In this document: positions 39,392-49,335 of the stretch, piece by piece
Layout: every line of letters begins with the position of its first letter
Position numbering within the stretch: the stretch's first letter is position 1
Assembly: GCA_963748825.1 (NCBI GenBank)
Contig: CAVVKN010000002.1
Location: 96,001 to 160,000 of the forward strand
Source: Methanotrichaceae archaeon
GTDB lineage: Archaea > Halobacteriota > Methanosarcinia > Methanotrichales > Methanotrichaceae
Reading direction: 5' to 3'
Length of the DNA stretch: 64,000 bases
Notes under the pieces: model-generated
Seen by the model: the letters and a program-made list of their open reading frames with translations, nothing else
The model's database searches: none
What the model was told of the DNA's origin: nothing
Translations under genes and position numbers: made by a program

Positions 39392-40576
39392 ATGATGAGA
39401 CAAAAGTTGAAACAAAAAAGGCCTTTTCACGTCATGATCATCCCCACCCTGGGCTGTCCCTCCAAATGCGCCTACTGCTGGAGTTCTGAGGTGGGCTCCC
39501 CTATTATGAGCATAGAGACTGTTAAAGATATCGTCGCCTGGCTCAAGGACTTTCGCAGCGATCCCGTTACCTTCACATTTCATGGGGGGGAGCCGCTTCT
39601 TGCAGGAGCCGATTTCTACAGGCAGGCTCTTCCCCTGCTTACCGGAGAGCTCCAGCATCTCGAGCCCAACTTTGCTCTGCAGACCAACCTCTGGAAGCTC
39701 ACCCCGGAGCTGGCCGATGTCCTGGCAGAGTACAATATCCCCATCGGCTCCAGCCTGGACGGGCCCCAGGAGCTCAACGACCTGCAAAGATCGGAGGGCT
39801 ACTACGAGAGGACCATGAGAGGATATGAACTGGCAAAAGAGCATGGTCTTTCGGTGCAGTTTATCTGCACTTTTACCTCTTATTCAGTGCAGTTCAAAGA
39901 AGATATCTTCAATTTCTTCCTGGAAAACGGTCTTACACTCAAACTGCATCCGGCACTCCCGTCTCTAAGAAGTGGCGAGCCGGACAAATGGGCGCTATCC
40001 CCGGAAAAGTATGGAGAGCTGCTGGTTTACCTGCTGGACAAGTACCTGGAAAACATGAGCAGGATAGAGGTCCGAAACATCAACGACTACAGTCGATGCG
40101 TCTTCACAGGCAGGGGCACTGTTTGCACATTTGTAGACTGCATGGAGAATACCTTTGCCGTGGGCCCGGACGGCAGCATCTATCCTTGCTATCGCTTCGT
40201 GGGCATGCCTGAGTACGTCATGGGCCATGTCCGGGATCGTCCCAGCCAAAAAGAGCTGGCAGAGTCGCCTGCGGGAGTACGCATGCGCGCCTTCAAGGAG
40301 TATGTGGACCGGGAATGCAAGGGCTGCAAGCACATCCGCTACTGCCGGGGAGGCTGTCCCTATAACGCCATCGCGCCTACCAACGGCGAGATTAAAGGCG
40401 TCGACCCCCATTGCATTGCCTATCAGAGGATCTTCGATGAGATCGCTGATCGTTTCAACCAGGAGATGATGGGATCCCTGGGCCTGGAGATGGGCTTATC
40501 TGCGGGGCAGGCCACGCCGGCCAAGGGCACCAGGCCGGCCATCATGCCGCTAGTCCGGAAGCTGGCATCGAATTGA
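39392..40576 (+). CDS. Radical SAM/SPASM enzyme, methanogen TIGR04083-like putative peptide/protein maturase
   Basis: FHVMIIPTLGCPSKCAYCW, FHGGEPLL, QTN and SLDG; SPASM Cys pattern C..GSIYPC..CKGC..CRGGC..C. Confidence 0.88.
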   Translation: MMRQKLKQKRPFHVMIIPTLGCPSKCAYCWSSEVGSPIMSIETVKDIVAWLKDFRSDPVTFTFHGGEPLLAGADFYRQALPLLTGELQHLEPNFALQTNLWKLTPELADVLAEYNIPIGSSLDGPQELNDLQRSEGYYERTMRGYELAKEHGLSVQFICTFTSYSVQFKEDIFNFFLENGLTLKLHPALPSLRSGEPDKWALSPEKYGELLVYLLDKYLENMSRIEVRNINDYSRCVFTGRGTVCTFVDCMENTFAVGPDGSIYPCYRFVGMPEYVMGHVRDRPSQKELAESPAGVRMRAFKEYVDRECKGCKHIRYCRGGCPYNAIAPTNGEIKGVDPHCIAYQRIFDEIADRFNQEMMGSLGLEMGLSAGQATPAKGTRPAIMPLVRKLASN

Positions 40577-40683
40577 GAGAGACGCAGAAGTATGCGTTTT
40601 ATTGTTTAACGGGTTTATCGGTTGGAAAAAAACAATGGGGACGTTCGGCATCCTTCACCGTGCCGAAAGATCCCACGAATACT

Positions 40684-43600
40684 TCAGCTCTTCCTTCTAA
40701 ATCCCGTCCAGATCATGAAGAGCACGACGAGCACCAGCCCTATTCCGAGCAATGGAGCCGCAGAGGAGCTGGGCTGGGAGGTCTTGGTGTTCACCGCCTC
40801 CATCACAAATCCTTTTACATCGCCCTCAGTTGAATCAGACGGCTCAGGTTTCTGGGCGGTTTTCGTTCCAAAACCGGAGGGTTTGGTCTGGTTGTAGCTT
40901 GATGCCTTTTCGCCAGCCGAGGAATGTTTGCTGGGCGAGGATTTGCTGGACTTGCTGCTGGCAGAGACGCTGCCGGAACTTTGGGAGGGATCGGGCTTTG
41001 GAGAAGGAAGGACTCCCTGCATGTACTCCTGCAAAGCCAGGTTGCCGCAGGTATGATGGCAGCAGGTGACACCATAATCCTGCACCGACTGCTCGTAGCG
41101 CTGTGCAAGCTCTTTTTTCATCTCCTCAGATGGATGCCACCGATCCTTTCTGGCTGTTTCCAGCAGCCTTCCGCTCAGCGCCTGAGAAGCCCAGGGATTG
41201 TTCTCATCAAAGAACTCCTTCAAGCCCATTTTGTATTTGTCATCGACATAAATCTCGTGCACCTCCGACCAGGTATTCTCACTGACCAGATCGGGAACCG
41301 TCGTCTCCCATCCCCACAGATATTCGGTGAACTTGTCCATCTCCCTGGCTCCTGAGTAGCCCTGTTCCATCATCCCTTCAATCCACTGGGGATTGTAGTA
41401 ACGCGTCCGCAGCTCCTTAGAGAAGAAGTCATGCAGGGAGGACACTTCGCTTCGCTCCGGGTCTCTCCCGTCGGTAACATACATTTCGGGGGTCTTTCCG
41501 GTTACAGTTCTCACCGCCATGCCAATGCCACCCAGATACTGGAAGACATCATCGTTGTCGATGAATCCGTAGAGGTTGGAGTTAGTGTGATGGACCGCAG
41601 CCTGCACCTCGGCCAGATTGGTCCGGAAGAGATCCTTTTGCAGACCGGAGAGATCCCTTCCCGAGGCCAATTTGCTGCTCCAGATACCGTCACCGTAGAT
41701 GTACGACATCCTATCTATGAAGAGGTTGCCTAGCTTTGTGTCGTTCTCCCAGGTATTGCTGGCGGAAATGGGGCTGTCTAGGTTGGGACCATAAGTTCCC
41801 GCCTCTTCCAGGAATATCCGGGAGGCGGAGAGGAGGGCAGCGTCCTCTTCGCTGAAGTTTCCACTGGCCATAAGTTCCTTGAAGATCTCCTCTGAATTCT
41901 CCCGCACATAGTTGGGATACTCTGCGCTCGTGTCGTTAGAAGCCAGTCGTATGGCTCGATCGAGGAGCTGCAGCTTCTCCGGGAAGAGATCTCTATGCAG
42001 TCCCGAGGGGACGACGACAACGTCAACCCTCGGCCTGCCAAGCTGGGAGAGGGGAATAAGCTGCACATCGGAGACACCGCCATAGGCATCGTAGACCGGC
42101 TTTGCTCCCACCAGGCTCAGGATCTCAGACTCCACCACCCCGTGGTCAGTCATGGCCCAGGCCCAGAGCACCATGGCCATCTTGCGAGGATAGGTGCCGT
42201 TGTGATCCTGCCGGTAGCTCTCAATGAGCTTTTCCGCCAGGTCAGATCCCACCTGCCAGGCGGCGCTCGTGGGAACGCGCCGCGGATCCACTGAGCGAAA
42301 ATTCCTGCCCGTGGGAAGGACCTGGGGGTCCCGGATGGGATCGTCAGCGGGAGACGGCTGTGTATAATTGGAATCCAGGGCATTGATGAGGCTTGGAACC
42401 TCCACAGAGCAGGCGGCAATGCTCTGTGCATACTGCAGGGAAAGGTTGAGCTGATCTGTCAGGTTCCTGGATACATTTCCAAAAATCTCTCTCTGAGCGG
42501 CTTCGGGTGATGTGCCGTTGATTATCACATCCATAAGCAGCTTCTCTGTGCAGTTTTCCAGCTCTTGCTCCTTGTCAAGCCTGGCTGGATTGGGATAGTC
42601 CTGGTAGGAGATCATGGGCGCGACCTCTCTGGACAGGCCATCTCCCAGCATCGACCTCACCAGGCCGGTCAGGGGCACCCCCTGAGGAGGCTGGCCGAAG
42701 ACGTGCAGGCCATAGGGCATGAACTGGTTTTTCAGATCGTAAAGGTACTGCTCCAGCTCGTCTGCGAATTGGTCAAAAGCAGATTCATTGGCCGAGATAT
42801 TGGCGGCGTCCACCTGCAGGTCTTCATCCAGGTGCATCTCCCGGCTGATGTTGATGATCTGCTTCATGTAGCCCTCCTTGACGCTGGCGTTTTGCACGCT
42901 CTTGTACTGGAAGACCATCTCAGCCAGGTTGGTCAGATTGCCGTAGAGCCCCGAAGCCACAATTGGCGGCGTCAAATGGGTGATCATCACCGCATCGCCC
43001 CGGCGCTTGGCCTGGGTGCCTTCGGCGATGTTGTCCACGATGTAAGGATAGACCACGGGCAGATCCTGAATAAGCAGAGCCGGCCAGGAGTCATTTATGG
43101 AGATTCCGCATTCCTTTCCCGGCAGCCACTCCTGGGTGCCGTGCTTACCCAGGTGGACTATGGCATCGGCGCCAAATCCCTTCTTGAGCCAGAGATAAAA
43201 GGCAATGTACTGATGATGGGGAGGTATGGACTTGCTATGATAAAGAATGGTGCTGTTCTCCAGCCATCCCCGGCTGGGCTGAGGCAGGAGGATGACATTT
43301 CCGAATGAGAGCTTGGGAATCACTATGAACTTTCCGCTCTGATTCTGATAGACCATGATCTCTCCCGGCGGCGGACCCCACATCTGGGTCACTTCTTTTT
43401 GTTTATCTTCCGGGAGGGATGCAAACCACTGCATGTAAATTTCGGCAGGTAGCAGAGTAGCATTGCCGGCTTTGACCATGGACTCCAGCTCGCCTGGGGC
43501 CCAGGAGCCCACATTGGTTCCCTGGTGAGCCAGAAGATCGACCAGAGCTTTTTCCTCCGGGACAGTCCCATTTACGCTGTAGCCGGCCTGAATCATTCCG

Positions 43601-46230
43601 TCAAGGATGTTTTGCAGACTGCGGGGGACATTAAGGTAGCAGCCCTCAATATTGTCCTTTCCCCCGCCGTGGTTGTAGTAGATGACGGCTACCTTCTTCT
43701 CCGCATGGCTGACATTGCGTAGCTTTGCCCAGGCTATTGCCCTATCTGCCAGCCAGTCCATTTGGCTCTCAATAGGCTGGTAGCCGGAGTCGGTTCTGCC
43801 TGACATGACTATCGGCTCTATAACACCGTCCATCTCCGGCAGGGCTATCTGGAAGTGGATCTCCATGGGGTCCATGCCCGTGCCGTTCTTCCATTCCTCG
43901 GGTGTTTGATAATAGAGCCTCATGCCTCTAAGCACCGGCACATTCAGCTCCTGCAGGTCGGCAATGCCCTGCTCGGGATCGCCATAGCTGAGCCGGAAGG
44001 ACTTGGTGAGAATGACGGCATCAACAATTGAGGTATTGTTTCGCATGAAGAAACTGTGCAAAGAGGAGGTACTCGAGAAGCCCAGGTCGATCACATTTGC
44101 TCCTTTCTTCTCCAAAGCGGAAATCAGGGCGGATCTGTCCGCATGGCCCAGATCCTGATAATAACTGATTATGCCAATGGTGGGCGCAGTGCTATTGAAA
44201 CTGTGTCCGGTTTTATTGCCATACCAGCTCAGGTAAGAGGTGACATTTTCGAAGAGGTCTGGTGAATCGGGATGATAGACGTATTCCTTGGGGGTGGGCA
44301 GCGGATCCTCCACTTTGAGGTTTAGGCCGCAGAAATTGACGGCCAGATAAGAGAAGAGACGCCTCATGTTCTCGACGCGGCCATAGTCCCAGTATTGCTG
44401 AATAGAAGGATGATCGGTGAGGTTTACATTTCCCAGGTGCTCATAACCGGCGGAATTGAGTACAATAACCGGCACTCCTTTCTGCTTTGCATCTTGCAGT
44501 GGGGCCGCCAGCTGGGTGGCGGCTTCGGCCCCCATCATCTCTATGAATATGAGTTCATATGAAGATAAATTGGAAGCATTCTGAAGTGAAATTAAAGTTA
44601 CATTAAGAACAGAATTTAAAGAGGCCTGCCTTATCTGGGGCTGGCTTCCTACCGTTAAAAAAAGGGCCTCGGGCCTCCTGAGGAGGACCCGGGCAGAGAT
44701 CTCCAGGCGAGGCGAATCCTCGGGCCTCGCCCGTCTGTCTCCAAAATAAAATAGCACTCGATCTTCATCTCTCAAATCAACCAGGTCAGGCCCGGATGCA
44801 GGCATGGCTTCCTCTGGGTAGTTTATCCAGAACCGCCAGGATCTGTCCCCATCGGCTCTGAAGCCCCCAAGAGACTCGACCTGCAGCCCGTAAAGATCGT
44901 AGAGAGAATCGTTCAAGCTTAGGTTCAATCCGCTTTGCTCACAGGCCTTGAAAAGCGCCCCCAGGGCGGTGCTCTGGTTGACCCGGTAGCTCTTGCCGCT
45001 ACTGGCCGTGAGGTTAAAGCTTTCCTCCTCCAGCAAGACCTCTCCGTCCCAGATCAGATCTTTTGGCCGGGAGCTGAAGGCGTACAGCCGACCATCATCA
45101 GCTCCCACGAAGAGCATGCCATCTGAGGCCGAGGCAGAGGACATGATAAAGGCACCCACAGGATAGGACCATACCACCGATCCATTGCCGGCATCCAGGG
45201 CATAAAAGGCTCCGTCGCCGCAGCTTGTCCCGAAATACACTTTGTTGTCTAAAACCAATGGAGAGGACTTGACAGGACCATTTACCTCCGTCCTCCAGAT
45301 CAGTGAGCCATTTCGAGCATCAAAGCAGCTCAGATGGCCCTTTGGCTTATCATCTGATCCCACATAAACCCGGCCAAAACTGGCCGCAGGAGAGGAGATG
45401 CTGCCATTGATCTCTGCCGTCCAGAGCTGCTTTCCCGATGCGGCGTCCAGGGCCAGGATCGCCTCCTTCGTAACCAGGAAGACCTCTGTCTCCCCCAGCG
45501 TGGGCGTGGCCGTGATCTGAGAAACGACTGCCGTCTTCCACAACGTCTCTTTGGAAACGGAATCGACGCAGTACAGGGCAGGATCGCCTCCCGGGAAGTA
45601 GATCTTCTGGTCCGAGGCGGCAGCCGAGACGTAGTTGCTTACCTGGCCGGTGGACAGATTCCACAGCTCCTTGCCATCTAGGCTCAGGGCATGCAGCGCC
45701 CCGTCCGAGTAGCTCATGACATAGACCACGCCATCCTGTATCAGGGGCGAGGAGGCCACACCCCACCATTTAGGATTTTGTTCAAGGGTCCTATTCCAGA
45801 CCGTCTCGCCCGTATCGGCGTTTAGACAGTAAAGATCGCCAGTGAGAGAGCCCACAAAGATCTTGTCTCCCTCCAGGGCAGGGGTTGATGCACCACCCTT
45901 GCCACCCAGCGGGTTGATCCACAGCCTCTTGCCGTCAGCCCGGTTCAGGCAGGCCAGGCCAAGCTCACCTTTGAAGGTCATGTCCGGCCAGTTGGAGACG
46001 AATACTCTCTCCCCAGAGATTGCGGCTGCACCGCCTACATAGCCGTGGCCGGTCAGACTTGTGCTCCAGAGCAGCTCTGCCTCGTCCGGCCCTGTACCGC
46101 TCAGATTGCCAGTTCTTTGATTGTCGCCCTGAAATGTCACGAAGTTTGCACTGGCCACAGAGACAAGGGCAAGCAAAAAGATGGTCATGAGGAGGGGCCA
46201 TCTTGACCCGACGTCAATTGCGAATCTCAT
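40684..46230 (-). CDS. Secreted, C-terminally anchored CobN/HmuS-like chelatase fused to a PQQ-type beta-propeller and a DUF4430 domain
   Basis: Signal peptide; about 8 PQQ-like repeats (aa ~30-385); DUF4430-like segment (~395-510); CobN motifs LPEMDG, YYNHGGGK, PPHHQY, HLGKHGTQEWLPGK, QAKRRG, PTGRNF, RPRVDVV and NPQWIEGM; CCHHTC; S/K/P linker; TM helix + RRKS. Confidence 0.92.
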   Translation of the reverse strand: MRFAIDVGSRWPLLMTIFLLALVSVASANFVTFQGDNQRTGNLSGTGPDEAELLWSTSLTGHGYVGGAAAISGERVFVSNWPDMTFKGELGLACLNRADGKRLWINPLGGKGGASTPALEGDKIFVGSLTGDLYCLNADTGETVWNRTLEQNPKWWGVASSPLIQDGVVYVMSYSDGALHALSLDGKELWNLSTGQVSNYVSAAASDQKIYFPGGDPALYCVDSVSKETLWKTAVVSQITATPTLGETEVFLVTKEAILALDAASGKQLWTAEINGSISSPAASFGRVYVGSDDKPKGHLSCFDARNGSLIWRTEVNGPVKSSPLVLDNKVYFGTSCGDGAFYALDAGNGSVVWSYPVGAFIMSSASASDGMLFVGADDGRLYAFSSRPKDLIWDGEVLLEEESFNLTASSGKSYRVNQSTALGALFKACEQSGLNLSLNDSLYDLYGLQVESLGGFRADGDRSWRFWINYPEEAMPASGPDLVDLRDEDRVLFYFGDRRARPEDSPRLEISARVLLRRPEALFLTVGSQPQIRQASLNSVLNVTLISLQNASNLSSYELIFIEMMGAEAATQLAAPLQDAKQKGVPVIVLNSAGYEHLGNVNLTDHPSIQQYWDYGRVENMRRLFSYLAVNFCGLNLKVEDPLPTPKEYVYHPDSPDLFENVTSYLSWYGNKTGHSFNSTAPTIGIISYYQDLGHADRSALISALEKKGANVIDLGFSSTSSLHSFFMRNNTSIVDAVILTKSFRLSYGDPEQGIADLQELNVPVLRGMRLYYQTPEEWKNGTGMDPMEIHFQIALPEMDGVIEPIVMSGRTDSGYQPIESQMDWLADRAIAWAKLRNVSHAEKKVAVIYYNHGGGKDNIEGCYLNVPRSLQNILDGMIQAGYSVNGTVPEEKALVDLLAHQGTNVGSWAPGELESMVKAGNATLLPAEIYMQWFASLPEDKQKEVTQMWGPPPGEIMVYQNQSGKFIVIPKLSFGNVILLPQPSRGWLENSTILYHSKSIPPHHQYIAFYLWLKKGFGADAIVHLGKHGTQEWLPGKECGISINDSWPALLIQDLPVVYPYIVDNIAEGTQAKRRGDAVMITHLTPPIVASGLYGNLTNLAEMVFQYKSVQNASVKEGYMKQIINISREMHLDEDLQVDAANISANESAFDQFADELEQYLYDLKNQFMPYGLHVFGQPPQGVPLTGLVRSMLGDGLSREVAPMISYQDYPNPARLDKEQELENCTEKLLMDVIINGTSPEAAQREIFGNVSRNLTDQLNLSLQYAQSIAACSVEVPSLINALDSNYTQPSPADDPIRDPQVLPTGRNFRSVDPRRVPTSAAWQVGSDLAEKLIESYRQDHNGTYPRKMAMVLWAWAMTDHGVVESEILSLVGAKPVYDAYGGVSDVQLIPLSQLGRPRVDVVVVPSGLHRDLFPEKLQLLDRAIRLASNDTSAEYPNYVRENSEEIFKELMASGNFSEEDAALLSASRIFLEEAGTYGPNLDSPISASNTWENDTKLGNLFIDRMSYIYGDGIWSSKLASGRDLSGLQKDLFRTNLAEVQAAVHHTNSNLYGFIDNDDVFQYLGGIGMAVRTVTGKTPEMYVTDGRDPERSEVSSLHDFFSKELRTRYYNPQWIEGMMEQGYSGAREMDKFTEYLWGWETTVPDLVSENTWSEVHEIYVDDKYKMGLKEFFDENNPWASQALSGRLLETARKDRWHPSEEMKKELAQRYEQSVQDYGVTCCHHTCGNLALQEYMQGVLPSPKPDPSQSSGSVSASSKSSKSSPSKHSSAGEKASSYNQTKPSGFGTKTAQKPEPSDSTEGDVKGFVMEAVNTKTSQPSSSAAPLLGIGLVLVVLFMIWTGFRRKS

Positions 46231-46541
46231 GGCGCATCACCTCCCTGGCCAAATGCATACATTGTGCCGCTGCCTATGGTAAAGACCATGCCGCCAGCCA
46301 CTGCGAGAGCCGAGCCGCCGACAGGATAGCTCCAGACAGCCTTGCATGTGCTGGCGTTGAGGGCGCGAAGTGCTGTATTTGTATCAAAGCAGTAGGCGGC
46401 CTTGGACGGTTGGGCTGCCCCGAGCAGGTCCGGCTCTTTCTCCAAACCATCTATTTTAGCGCCCCCTCGGCTCCGAACCTTGAAGTCAAATAACGCTTCA
46501 TTCATATCATTCATTTTTAGGGATTTTTTCTCACCTGCCAT
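46227..46541 (-). pseudogene. Truncated PQQ-repeat gene remnant coupled to the CobN-like gene
   Basis: The C-terminal half is one propeller blade (LRALNAST..VWSYPVGG...GMVFT..GTMYAF). GAGGAGG RBS; the stop overlaps the next ATG. Confidence 0.55.
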
Positions 46542-46905
46542 TTTATGTCCTCCTCAGCGATCCACTTCAACTTTAAGCAGGAGATGAAGTGGAAGCGATA
46601 TCCTCGTGTTTTGCCCACCCACATCCTGACTAAAATGGGCCCGTGGAATTCTGATCCACTTATTTTTAGTTAATACAAATATAGTTTACTTAAATGTTCT
46701 GGTGCAAAAGATCCATGCAGAGGACGCATGAAGATTCAACTGCATCTTAAAAGTCAATAGTAACCTGGGGCTTGTCAGGGAAATAGCGAAGAAACCAAAA
46801 AAAACTTCAAGAATCCAGGCAAATTCAGGAGCTAGAGGAAAGGTCAATTCGGATCTTAAGAAAAAATAAGGGGGATTGATTAGGATACTTTCGGCAAAGC
46901 ATACT

Positions 46906-47892
46906 TCACGGCTTTAGTTTGTAATCTTCGGTAGGAAACTGCGCTGCAGTTGCATTCCAGGTAGGCCTGTAGCTCTCCAAAGCAGTCTCCCTGCAGGTGC
47001 AGTCGAAGATGCCCTTCTGGCCGGCATACTGCTTATCGAAATTCCAGGAGGGAAGATCGAAGAAGCCGCCACTGCAACAGGGTAGCCAGTCCTCGCCCCA
47101 TGTGGCTTTGTACTTGGTAAGATCCAATTTCATGGTCTTTTGCACCTGGAAGTCGCCTATGTAGTCATTGTCGATCTCGATTACGGGATTCTTCCAGCCC
47201 AGCAGATTCTTTACTTTGGGTGTTACCTTACATCCGCCTGATTTCATGGGCTGAGCCAGTAGCTCACCGATATGGAGCGTACCCTGGGTAACATCATCGT
47301 CGATCCTCATGTTGAGAAGGCCCTTTCCATCCTCCGTGGCAGTGGCTCCGGTACAGTTCATTTCCACAGCAATGTCGCCCTTGAGGGCTCGTGCATACTC
47401 CACCTGCCGGTGCATTGATGCTGATTCCTGGTAGCTCTTGGCCACAGTCTTATCCTTAAGAAGGGAATTGTAGCCCACAGGATGAGAGGCATACCAGCCG
47501 GTTCCATACGCAAATGCTGTAGGTGACTGGATATTGTCATACTGCCTGGTGTAGGAGATGACGCTGCTAGCGCCTTTACATTTCTTCTGCCACTGTCCAT
47601 CATAGTCCAGGTAATAGTAAGAACTTATGTGTGTCGATTTCTGTTCGGAATTCAATATATCAGCTAAGTCTATGCTGCCGCTGCCATGGAAATACTCCAG
47701 CAGGGAAAGGTTGTTAGTGTTGATTCTCTTATATTCCATCACATATCCCTGACCAGTAACATCATCAGTCATCTCATGCTTGTGCAGTATAGCCTCCTGG
47801 CCCGGATTAAAGTCAAAATCCCCTGCCCAAGACAGCCCTGATAACACTGGCATTAACAGCAATGCCAGACAAATCCACAAAAAGTCCCTCAA
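46906..47892 (-). CDS. Secreted hypothetical protein with WLPCC and DCTC motifs
   Basis: TTG start 3 nt after the binding-protein gene; signal peptide; 328 aa. Confidence 0.8.
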   Translation of the reverse strand: MRDFLWICLALLLMPVLSGLSWAGDFDFNPGQEAILHKHEMTDDVTGQGYVMEYKRINTNNLSLLEYFHGSGSIDLADILNSEQKSTHISSYYYLDYDGQWQKKCKGASSVISYTRQYDNIQSPTAFAYGTGWYASHPVGYNSLLKDKTVAKSYQESASMHRQVEYARALKGDIAVEMNCTGATATEDGKGLLNMRIDDDVTQGTLHIGELLAQPMKSGGCKVTPKVKNLLGWKNPVIEIDNDYIGDFQVQKTMKLDLTKYKATWGEDWLPCCSGGFFDLPSWNFDKQYAGQKGIFDCTCRETALESYRPTWNATAAQFPTEDYKLKP

Positions 47893-47895
47893 GAA

Positions 47896-48999
47896 TTAAT
47901 CCTCCTGATAAACGAATATCCTATCCGCAGGAAAATCCTGCCCCAAACGCTCAAAATACTCTTTATAGATGCTTTCTGGATTCAGATCAGCTTCAGGATG
48001 CAAAATTTTGGCCAGGTAAGCCAGCCCCACCACGCTCTCCATGCCATAAAACATGTCTGAGTACACAACGAAAACCTGTCCGCTCTTGGCGGCAGAGATG
48101 CGCACCCCCCCCGGTCTGTCCAGGATCTCACTTATTGTCTTTTCAAGTTCCAGAGTATCCTGGCTTGGGCCCTTCTTCCAGCCGAGAGAACCCTCCGAGG
48201 ACAATGTTCTGACTATCACCTCTGGATCTTCAGACAACACAAACTCCCAGCTAACATGGGCCGATTTCTCCAGCTCACCTGCGATGTTTCGTCCCCTCGC
48301 AGTCCGGGCGAGATCATTGAGTCCCGATCCATCACCAAAGGTGATCAGATCCCCAATACCCTTCTTGGGGCTTCTCTCCAGGTAAACACTGGTAAGGGAA
48401 AGACCAGACACCGCCTTTTCAATCGCTTCTATCTTTTCATCTCGCCATTTCAGGTAGTTGGAAGCCTCTTCTTCCCTGACCAGGATGCTGCCCAGCGCGG
48501 TCATCTCCCGGCTGAGGTTCTCAGGCTGATAGAAGTCCAGACCTGCATTTATGCTGCCGAAGGGTGCAACCTTTTTCTCCACCTCTGCGGCTCCGTAGTC
48601 CTTTCCTACGCCGCTAAAGCCTATTACCAGCAGATCGGAAGGCTCGCTTTGCCCTGCTGTGGCCATCTCTCCTATCAGCTCGTAGTCGATCTCGCCACCC
48701 ATCTGGCTGGTTCCAACCACCTGTTTGCCCAATAGGTCGGGGAGATGGCTGCTGCGCCCCAGGATCTCCTCAGTAATGCCTACGATCTTGTCCCCGGCGC
48801 CAAGAGTGACCACCGCCTCTGCAGCATCGGAATTGAGCACGATGATTCTCTCTATGGGCATAGGGATAGAGACCGTCCTTCCCGCGCTATCGACTATGGT
48901 TTTGGGGTATGCATCATCATCCAGGGCTGCAGCACCATAAGCCGGAAAATTAAGAAACAGCAAAATAGCTGCCAGCACCTTAATCGATCTATCTTTCAT
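47896..48999 (-). CDS. ABC substrate-binding protein, BtuF/siderophore/heme class III type
   Basis: Signal peptide; YPKTIVDSAGRTV..PIERIIVL, VSWEFVLSEDPEVIV, AAKSGQVF and YLAKILHPE. Confidence 0.88.
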   Translation of the reverse strand: MKDRSIKVLAAILLFLNFPAYGAAALDDDAYPKTIVDSAGRTVSIPMPIERIIVLNSDAAEAVVTLGAGDKIVGITEEILGRSSHLPDLLGKQVVGTSQMGGEIDYELIGEMATAGQSEPSDLLVIGFSGVGKDYGAAEVEKKVAPFGSINAGLDFYQPENLSREMTALGSILVREEEASNYLKWRDEKIEAIEKAVSGLSLTSVYLERSPKKGIGDLITFGDGSGLNDLARTARGRNIAGELEKSAHVSWEFVLSEDPEVIVRTLSSEGSLGWKKGPSQDTLELEKTISEILDRPGGVRISAAKSGQVFVVYSDMFYGMESVVGLAYLAKILHPEADLNPESIYKEYFERLGQDFPADRIFVYQED

Positions 49000-49335
49000 C
49001 CTTTCCTCCTGCACCTACAGTCCATAATCAAATTATTTTGTTTTAATTCAACTAAGCTTTATTTTGCAGGGGATGAAGTTAGTAAATAAAAGTGTTACGG
49101 TCCTCCGAGTATTCAGAAATAATTAACTAACAATAAAATTATTATTTTCTTTTTTATTAAGATTCACATACATGGACTCGAAGAGGCAAAAAACCATTAT
49201 TTATTCGCTACTGTTCATATAAGGTCCTTATTTTTGATCTAGAGGATGAAAGCAAATACAATTGTTTTTATTCCTCGTAGCTTGCGTAAGAGTTAAATCC
49301 AATAAAGTTGCCTTCAAATCAGTCAAGTTTAGTAG

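Noticed and set aside
40684-46230. Ordinary aerobic-pathway cobaltochelatase, or a PQQ dehydrogenase
   Set aside because: Export signal and membrane anchor, no CobST; the propeller repeats are generic and no PQQ biosynthesis genes are seen.
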